Source: a virus. Taken from it: 36,515 nt of DNA. The stretch is from the IMG/VR virus record IMGVR_UViG_3300045988_017193, positions 1 to 36,515 of that record; one strand, 5' to 3'. The notes under the pieces were generated by a model. It did not search any database. It saw nothing but the letters and a program-made list of their open reading frames with translations, and was not told where the DNA came from. Each line of letters opens with the position of its first letter. The first letter of the stretch is position 1. Shown here piece after piece: positions 31,628 through 36,515 of this stretch. Position numbers and translations under genes: made by a program.

Positions 31628-32881
31628 TCAACGTTTTTCAGCTTTCTTTCCAGTGAATTTTTCCCACCGTTTTACAATCACATCAACAAATTTCGGATCA
31701 TATTCCATCATTCTACAGCTCCGCTTCATTTGCTCGCACACAATCAGCGTTGTTCCTGACCCTCCAAATAAATCCAGCACGCACTCTTTCTCTTTGCTGC
31801 TATTTTGAATCAATTTAGCAATCAGCTTCATTGGCTTCATCGTCGGATGCAAATCATCCCTCGCCGGTTTGGGCGCATCAAGAACCGTGGTGAAATCCTG
31901 CTCCTGACTAAACAATCTTTTGCATAATTGAACCAAATCCGCTTTTTTCATTTTTTCAAATTCAACACACTGTTCTTCCATAACCGTCGACTGCGTTCTG
32001 TCGTTGCAGAAATAGTGTGCGGCGCCATCTTTCCATCCGTACATGCACGGCTCATGCTTCCAGTGGTAATCTTGCCTGCCAAGAATGAATGTATTCTTGT
32101 TCCAGATCAGTTGCTGGCGGACATGGAGTCCATTATCCAACAGAGCCTCCTCAAAAGCCATTTGTTCTTTCGAGGAGTGCCATATGTAGAACGCTCCCCC
32201 ATTTTTCAAGCTTTCACTCATCGTCTTAAAAGCTTTTTTTAGGAACATTAAAAAATCATCCCTCTTCATATCATCGTTTTCTATCGTCATGCCTTTCGAA
32301 TTTTTCACAGCACTATTATAAGGCGGATCCGTTACGACAAGATCCGCTTCATTCCCATCCATCAATTTAGCCACATCATTCTCATCCGTGCTGTCTCCAC
32401 ACATCAGAACATGGCTCCCAAGAATGAACAAGTCACCTTTTTGCGCCTTTGGCTTTTGTGGCGGTTTTATTTCAAATTCGTCGTCTTCCACTTCTTCCGT
32501 TAGATCTTTAAAATCTTCGTCCTCGTCAAATCCGAATTCCGCCATGTCGATGTTTGTGATTTCTTGGAGCTCGCTTTCCAAAAGTTCCATATCCCATTCT
32601 GAAAGCTCTGCAGTCTTATTATCCGCAAGCCTAAAAGCTCTCACCTGCTCCGGCGACAAATCATCTGCATAAATACACGGCACTTCTTCCAAGCCAAGCT
32701 TTTGCGCGGCCAGGTATCTTGTATGCCCAGCAATGATCTCTCCGTTGATATCCACTATGATCGGATTCTTGAATCCGAATTCCTTGATGCTGGCTGCCAC
32801 TGCATCCACAGCTTGCGTATTCTTTCTTGGATTTCCAGGATACGGGTTTATTTCATTCAGTTTTTTGGCCAAAATTTGCAT
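31628..32881 (-). CDS. ParB-like nuclease domain fused to an N6-adenine/N4-cytosine DNA methyltransferase
   Basis: The N-terminus is NPYPGNPRKN...IIAGHTRYLAAQKLGLEEVP (ParB N-terminal domain). The MTase motifs are VVTDPPYNS and DLFGGSGTT. Confidence 0.9.
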   Translation of the reverse strand: MQILAKKLNEINPYPGNPRKNTQAVDAVAASIKEFGFKNPIIVDINGEIIAGHTRYLAAQKLGLEEVPCIYADDLSPEQVRAFRLADNKTAELSEWDMELLESELQEITNIDMAEFGFDEDEDFKDLTEEVEDDEFEIKPPQKPKAQKGDLFILGSHVLMCGDSTDENDVAKLMDGNEADLVVTDPPYNSAVKNSKGMTIENDDMKRDDFLMFLKKAFKTMSESLKNGGAFYIWHSSKEQMAFEEALLDNGLHVRQQLIWNKNTFILGRQDYHWKHEPCMYGWKDGAAHYFCNDRTQSTVMEEQCVEFEKMKKADLVQLCKRLFSQEQDFTTVLDAPKPARDDLHPTMKPMKLIAKLIQNSSKEKECVLDLFGGSGTTLIVCEQMKRSCRMMEYDPKFVDVIVKRWEKFTGKKAEKR

Positions 32882-32996
32882 GTTTTTGCACCTCGTTTTT
32901 TTGACGCCGCATCAATCGCGCGCGTATATTTTTTTATTAAATGTCCCCCTCTTTCGAAAATCCTTTCGGAGTTGGAAGAGGTTACCCCCGCCAGTA

Positions 32997-33033
32997 GAAA
33001 AAATCCGCCGGACCATTCTGGATGGTGGGGCGG
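32997..33033 (-). terminator. Rho-independent terminator upstream of the ParB-MTase gene
   Basis: On the minus strand, CCGCC-cc-ACCAT-ccaga-ATGGT-cc-GGCGG is followed by ATTTTTT. Confidence 0.6.
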
Positions 33034-33088
33034 GTATCATTTCTAAAAATATTTTTTATTTTCTCCAAGCGTAGGCATGCTTGCCTTT

Positions 33089-33325
33089 TTATTTATTTTT
33101 TTCTTCGGCTCCGTGGTATATGTTGACCGTCATGCTCTGGATCACTGTGCTCGGCTGCAGCAATTCTTCCAGGCTTTCATTCAGCGCAGGTTCTCCCATC
33201 ATCTCGATGGTCTTGTCCTGCTCGGCGATGTGCTGTGCTACATCGTTCACGTAGTCTACCAGCTCGTCCCTGTTAGTTTCTATCAGTGCCATCTTGATGG
33301 CATCCAGCTTTTCGTTTGTGTTCAT
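33089..33325 (-). CDS. Hypothetical acidic protein (78 aa)
   Basis: ATGA overlap with the HNH stop. Confidence 0.65.
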   Translation of the reverse strand: MNTNEKLDAIKMALIETNRDELVDYVNDVAQHIAEQDKTIEMMGEPALNESLEELLQPSTVIQSMTVNIYHGAEEKNK

Positions 33326-33612
33326 CGCTTCCTCCAGTCTACTCCCGGCTTCGTTCTCCGCTTCAGATCCTCGCCTGCTTTGGTCAGTCTGCCGCTCGTT
33401 CTGTCTTCCAGCTTGTTGTGTGTTTCCTGGCTGACCGATATCAGATTCCAGTCAGCCCATTCGTATTCCGGATACTCTTTCGCTGGATATATGTGATGCA
33501 CAGTCGTCGCTTCTACCGTGCGCCCGTACCGTTTCTGGTATCTGTCCACGTATCTATCCAGCCGGAGGATCCTGGCTCTCTTCTTTTTCCATCGTGTCGT
33601 TTGATAGTTCAT
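33322..33612 (-). CDS. HNH endonuclease (terminase-associated type)
   Basis: WKKKRARILRLDRY...TTVHHIYPAKEYPEYEWADWNLISVSQETHNKLE. I chose the start MNYQTTRW. Confidence 0.85.
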   Translation of the reverse strand: MNYQTTRWKKKRARILRLDRYVDRYQKRYGRTVEATTVHHIYPAKEYPEYEWADWNLISVSQETHNKLEDRTSGRLTKAGEDLKRRTKPGVDWRKR

Positions 33613-33615
33613 GGT

Positions 33616-33658
33616 AAAAAAAACAACAGCGCGCCGACCCTGTTTGGCACGCTGTTGT
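33616..33658 (-). terminator. Rho-independent terminator or attenuator 3 nt upstream of the HNH ATG
   Basis: On the minus strand, ACAACAGCG-18 nt-CGCTGTTGT is followed by TTTTTTT. Confidence 0.6.
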
Positions 33659-33734
33659 CCTGCATGATTTGTTCGCAATCCTTATTTAGCTTTTTTCTTA
33701 ATACCATTATAAGCTTTTTTCTATGCTAATTGTG

Positions 33735-34151
33735 CTAATCTTCCCGGAGGTATCCGTTGATCAGCTGGTCGATGCGCTGGCGCGAATAGTTCAGTTCTTC
33801 TCCGATCTCTGCATTGGTCTTGCCATGGCGTAGCTTCTGGCGAAAGATATGGTAAATCAGCGGGTCGTCGATGTGATCCACCCACTCTTCTACTTCCTCG
33901 ATTGCTTCTGCGTATTCCGCTTCACGCTCCCGCAGCAGTCTCGCCCACTTGTCTCCCGTTGTATTGTCGATGCTCTCGATCTTCATGCGCGACGGAAGGT
34001 ATGGAAACTCTGGCGAGGATCCTTTGGCCACGTCGGTCATCACGTGTCCTTCTGCTCGCTCGACTCTGCTCGCGTATTTCTTTAGATCTTTCCGGATACT
34101 CTCCAGCGCCACAGTCATACTGCGGTACTCTTCCAGTCGTTTTTTATTCAC
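33735..34151 (-). CDS. Late-gene transcriptional activator candidate (sigma-70 region-4-like; RinA/DUF1492-type)
   Basis: The C-terminus is IFRQKLRHGKTNAEIGEELNYSRQRIDQLINGYL. It lies just upstream of the HNH/terminase module. Confidence 0.65.
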   Translation of the reverse strand: MNKKRLEEYRSMTVALESIRKDLKKYASRVERAEGHVMTDVAKGSSPEFPYLPSRMKIESIDNTTGDKWARLLREREAEYAEAIEEVEEWVDHIDDPLIYHIFRQKLRHGKTNAEIGEELNYSRQRIDQLINGYLRED

Positions 34152-34956
34152 TCCATTCCCTCCAGTATTCCATATCCATTTCCAGCTGCTGATCGGTGCG
34201 GTAGATCTTTTCTGGTCTGACTCGTTTTCCTCTCCGTCCCTTTGCCGGTCCGTCCAGGCTGACCAGTATGTACTCCTTGCACTCTACGTCCAGGATGGCG
34301 TGATCGTATACCCGGACAGTGTCCTCGTCCAGGTAGTAGCCTTTCGGTACCTGGATCTCGTCCGTTACTTTCCTGCTGCTGATCTTCTCCCTGCGCGTTT
34401 CCGGTGTAATGATACTGCGGCTGCAGTTGTATCTTCTCTTGCTTGGGCTTCCGGCTTCCCGGAATGTTTTCTCTGTTTCCTTTAGCAGGTACTCTGCCAG
34501 TTTGTAGTAGTTGCCGGTATCATCTAATGGTCTCACATTTACAAATCCGCACTTCCATTTGCTCTCTATCAGTTTCAGATCCTGACGGCTCATCACGATG
34601 TGGTGGTGGATCCGCTGGTGCTTATACTCTGTCACTGCGATCCACTTGAACTTGATCTCTCTTTTTTTACAGTGCAGGTGCAGATTGCGCAGGAATCTTT
34701 CCAGATCCTTTTTCGCTTCTACAGCTGACGGAGCATCTTCGTATGTCAAGGTCAGGAAATAGTCTCCCGGCACGAAGTTATGATTCAGTTTTGCCGTCAG
34801 TGCCTTGACCGCGTTTCTGAAATTTAATTTCGCCACGGCTTCCGGAGTCGGGTTCGACTTAGGCTTTCTTTTTTTTCCTTTTGTGTAGACTCTGCTGATC
34901 GCCTTTAGGCTGATCAGCTTCGTTCTTCCTGCTATGATCGTGTCGCGGTAAAACAT
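34144..34956 (-). CDS. HUH-superfamily rolling-circle replication initiator (Rep)
   Basis: Motif 1 is FLTLTYEDAP, motif 2 is RIHHHIVMS (HUH), and motif 3 is YYKLAEYLLKE (catalytic Tyr region). Confidence 0.75.
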   Translation of the reverse strand: MFYRDTIIAGRTKLISLKAISRVYTKGKKRKPKSNPTPEAVAKLNFRNAVKALTAKLNHNFVPGDYFLTLTYEDAPSAVEAKKDLERFLRNLHLHCKKREIKFKWIAVTEYKHQRIHHHIVMSRQDLKLIESKWKCGFVNVRPLDDTGNYYKLAEYLLKETEKTFREAGSPSKRRYNCSRSIITPETRREKISSRKVTDEIQVPKGYYLDEDTVRVYDHAILDVECKEYILVSLDGPAKGRRGKRVRPEKIYRTDQQLEMDMEYWREWSE

Positions 34957-34994
34957 GATGATGCTCCATTATTAATACCCTAATCGAGTTTCAA

Positions 34995-35012
34995 GGCGGC
35001 CGTCCGGCCGCC
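34995..35012. promoter_or_regulatory. GC-rich hairpin upstream of rep (candidate origin or nick-site structure)
   Basis: GGCGGCC-gtcc-GGCCGCC (7-bp stem). AT-rich TATATATAAT lies beside it. Confidence 0.3.
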
Positions 35013-35041
35013 GGTGTTTCCTTTATATATAATGTAGTTTT

Positions 35042-35215
35042 TTATTTCAGCGATCTTCTTTTTCCCAGCGGCTTGCGATATTTCTTCCCCGCCATCTCGT
35101 TCATTATATTGATCGCCATCTCTGCTCCGTTTTTGTACCCCTTGAAATATGCAGCCAGTTCCGAGCTTGTCTGCGGATCCTTGGGCGCGATTGTGAGTTC
35201 TATTGTATCGTTCAT
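35042..35215 (-). CDS. Hypothetical small protein (57 aa, not in the track)
   Basis: MNDTIELTIAPKDPQTSSELAAYFKGYKNGAEMAINIMNEMAGKKYRKPLGKRRSLK. RBS CAGGAGAACG. ATGA overlap with the upstream stop. I prefer it over the Arg/Gly-rich track ORF 34980-35285. Confidence 0.55.
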   Translation of the reverse strand: MNDTIELTIAPKDPQTSSELAAYFKGYKNGAEMAINIMNEMAGKKYRKPLGKRRSLK

Positions 35216-35511
35216 TTTTTCGTTCTCCTGTTCCAGTCAGCGATAGCTTCCGCTTTCGTTTCTCTGAACCACCCCGTGCTGGCACCGCATCTGTCCCCTG
35301 TGCATACTACAACATACGGGCGTTCTCTTGTAATATCTTTGGTTACTTCCGCCTCGCTACCGCAAAACGGGCATCTTAATATTTTTCTTCGACCAGTGTG
35401 TACCTCGGGTTGCTCGTCCACAAGCCGTGCGAAATCTTCGATTCGGTGAAGTTCGTTCCAGTTCCACATGTTCATATCTTCCAGCAGTCTATCTGCGTCA
35501 ATCGCTCTCAT
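35212..35511 (-). CDS. Lar-family (restriction alleviation) like protein
   Basis: CPFCGSEAEV...YVVVCTGDRCGASTGWFRETKAEAIADWNRR matches the Lar signature (CPFCG...C..C....eAi..WNrR). I chose the start MRAIDAD, 9 nt after GGGAGG. Confidence 0.65.
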   Translation of the reverse strand: MRAIDADRLLEDMNMWNWNELHRIEDFARLVDEQPEVHTGRRKILRCPFCGSEAEVTKDITRERPYVVVCTGDRCGASTGWFRETKAEAIADWNRRTKK

Positions 35512-35662
35512 AGTTCTCATCCTCCCACCAGCAGTCTATATACTCGACTCCCGCCTCCCAGCACGCTTTGTCGATTTCTTCGTTTATAGCGTTTTCTTCG
35601 ACTTCAAATGTAAATTCTCTTTCCGTGCCGTCTATGCTCACATATCCTTTTTTCGTTACCAT
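35498..35662 (-). CDS. Hypothetical small acidic protein (54 aa, not in the track)
   Basis: MVTKKGYVSIDGTEREFTFEVEENAINEEIDKACWEAGVEYIDCWWEDENYESD. RBS AAGAGGTG. Confidence 0.5.
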   Translation of the reverse strand: MVTKKGYVSIDGTEREFTFEVEENAINEEIDKACWEAGVEYIDCWWEDENYESD

Positions 35663-35677
35663 GTTGCACCTCTTTTT

Positions 35678-35899
35678 TTACAACATCGACAGAATCCGAC
35701 CGAGCTCTTTGGCGGCGTCTCTGTCCAGGGTTCCAATCTTGGCGGATCTGACATGATCAGGATCCCAGGTTCTGATGTCTATCTTCGGGTCCTGGCCGTT
35801 CCAGGACACCAAGTTGACTTCTTTCGTCCAGCCGGATTCGGTCTGGTCGAATACTCCGTAGTGTTCAACGATGTTAAATGTAAATTCTTTGTTATTCAT
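35678..35899 (-). CDS. PC4/YdbC-like ssDNA-binding protein
   Basis: WTKEVNLVSWNGQDPKIDIRTWDPDHVRSAKIGTLDRDAAKELGRIL matches the YdbC/PC4-like pattern. Confidence 0.7.
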   Translation of the reverse strand: MNNKEFTFNIVEHYGVFDQTESGWTKEVNLVSWNGQDPKIDIRTWDPDHVRSAKIGTLDRDAAKELGRILSML

Positions 35900-36377
35900 G
35901 GCTCATTTCCTCCAATATGTCCAGAATTTCATGCGCGTATCGTCCAATTTCGCTCACATCTCTATCTAATTTATCGACGTCTTTTTTGTAGTGACGGTCA
36001 CTCCCCGCCACCTCATCATATGCACCGATCACTTTTGAACGCAGCAAATGTTTCAATCTTTTTTCCGCTCCAGGATTCTCGTACTTCTGGCATTCCGGTA
36101 TGAATCCGGTTGCCCGTTCGATCGATATGATTCCCACGGTTTCCCCATACGGGGTCCCTTCCGGCACTTTTCTTGCCAGCGCGGTTATTCTTCGCCCGCA
36201 TTTCGGGCAGCGTTCCGGCTGGAATCCCGTTGTCTTTCCTGGAAACGTCACTCTTTCGTTATCCACCACATCTTCGTATGAAATTCCTCTGATTTCTTTA
36301 AACGATTCAAACACGTGCCCGCATTCGCAAACCGGGCACATCGTCACTCTGGCTCCTCTTTCTATGCAATCATCCAT
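35892..36377 (-). CDS. Zinc-ribbon protein (two CxxC pairs)
   Basis: MCPVCECGH ... ERCPKCGRR. RBS GGAGGTG. Confidence 0.7.
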   Translation of the reverse strand: MDDCIERGARVTMCPVCECGHVFESFKEIRGISYEDVVDNERVTFPGKTTGFQPERCPKCGRRITALARKVPEGTPYGETVGIISIERATGFIPECQKYENPGAEKRLKHLLRSKVIGAYDEVAGSDRHYKKDVDKLDRDVSEIGRYAHEILDILEEMSHE

Positions 36378-36515
36378 TTCTTTGCACCTCCATTTTCTTT
36401 TTTTTGATCAGTGGTCTGCATATATTCACCACGTCCTGCGGCTTTTGGCTGTATGCAGCCCGGCCAATATTTACAATCGTTTCGTCTACTCCGTCTTTAT
36501 CATATTTCTTGATCA
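36370..36515 (-). CDS. 3' part of the junction-spanning ORF (same gene as 1..234; 36397-36515 duplicates 1-119)
   Basis: The frame ...PLIKKKKMEVQRNG* ends at TGA 36372-36370. It is partial at the window edge. Confidence 0.6.
   Translation of the reverse strand, partial: IKKYDKDGVDETIVNIGRAAYSQKPQDVVNICRPLIKKKKMEVQRNG
36397..36515. repeat. Terminal direct repeat, copy 2 (identical to 1..119)
   Basis: Exact 119/119 match to the window start. Confidence 0.97.

Noticed and set aside
34980-35285. A 101-aa minus-strand ORF from the track
   Set aside because: Its product is Arg/Gly/Lys-rich, has no RBS and overlaps the Lar-like gene. A 57-aa ORF in another frame (35042-35215) has an SD and an ATGA coupling and is preferred.
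1-36515. A search by eye for tRNA/tmRNA, CRISPR arrays, reverse transcriptase (DGR or retron), transposases and toxin domains
   Set aside because: I found no cloverleaf-compatible T-arm or anticodon arrangement; the TTCAAGT at 31457-63 lacks complementary stems. There are no regularly spaced repeats, no YxDD-type RT ORF and no DDE or IS-like ORF. A covariance-model scan (tRNAscan-SE or Infernal/Rfam) should still be run.

Overview
The window is one complete temperate siphovirus-type phage genome with an HK97-like head and a long non-contractile tail. It is assembled as a circle: bases 1-119 are repeated exactly at 36397-36515, so the unique length is 36,396 bp, and one ORF crosses the junction. 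Strong GGAGG-type ribosome-binding sites, an M23+SH3 endolysin and a large serine integrase suggest a Firmicutes (probably Clostridia) host; this is inference.

Layout:
- Plus-strand lysogeny block (7821-11936): XRE/CI-like repressor, membrane protein, large serine integrase, then a small accessory island.
- Leftward early operon on the minus strand, starting at the divergent switch (7662-7820). It runs 7661->1 and continues across the junction 36396->33735. It holds more than 35 tightly packed, often ATGA-coupled small genes. These include four DUF551-like paralogs, a C5 DNA methyltransferase cassette, DUF4406, a DUF2829/Tad2-like gene, a Lar-like gene, a PC4/YdbC-like gene, an HUH rolling-circle Rep and a late-regulator candidate.
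- Late operon on the minus strand (33612->14208): HNH, ParB-methyltransferase, TerS, TerL, portal, protease, capsid, connectors, major tail, G/GT chaperone with an A_AAA_AAC -1 slippery site, tape measure, Dit, tail proteins, fiber, holin, M23 endolysin.
- A five-gene post-lysis cassette (14131->11933) of unknown function, set off by hairpin terminators.

I saw no tRNA, rRNA, CRISPR array, reverse transcriptase or transposase.

The things most worth follow-up:
- The post-lysis cassette: P/Q-rich, Q/M-rich, membrane Gly/Cys-rich and C1q/BclA-C-like proteins.
- A ~470-bp ORF-poor structured region upstream of terS. It contains a self-contained plus-strand promoter-structure-terminator unit, a candidate antisense sRNA.
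- A consensus-promoter/operator/mini-ORF/terminator unit beside the integrase.
- A dcm cassette bracketed by 33-bp direct repeats and gene remnants, with a 162-codon embedded alternative-frame ORF.
- An anti-defence set: Tad2-like, Lar-like and two methyltransferases.

All family names come from motif recognition by eye and need HMM or structure confirmation.
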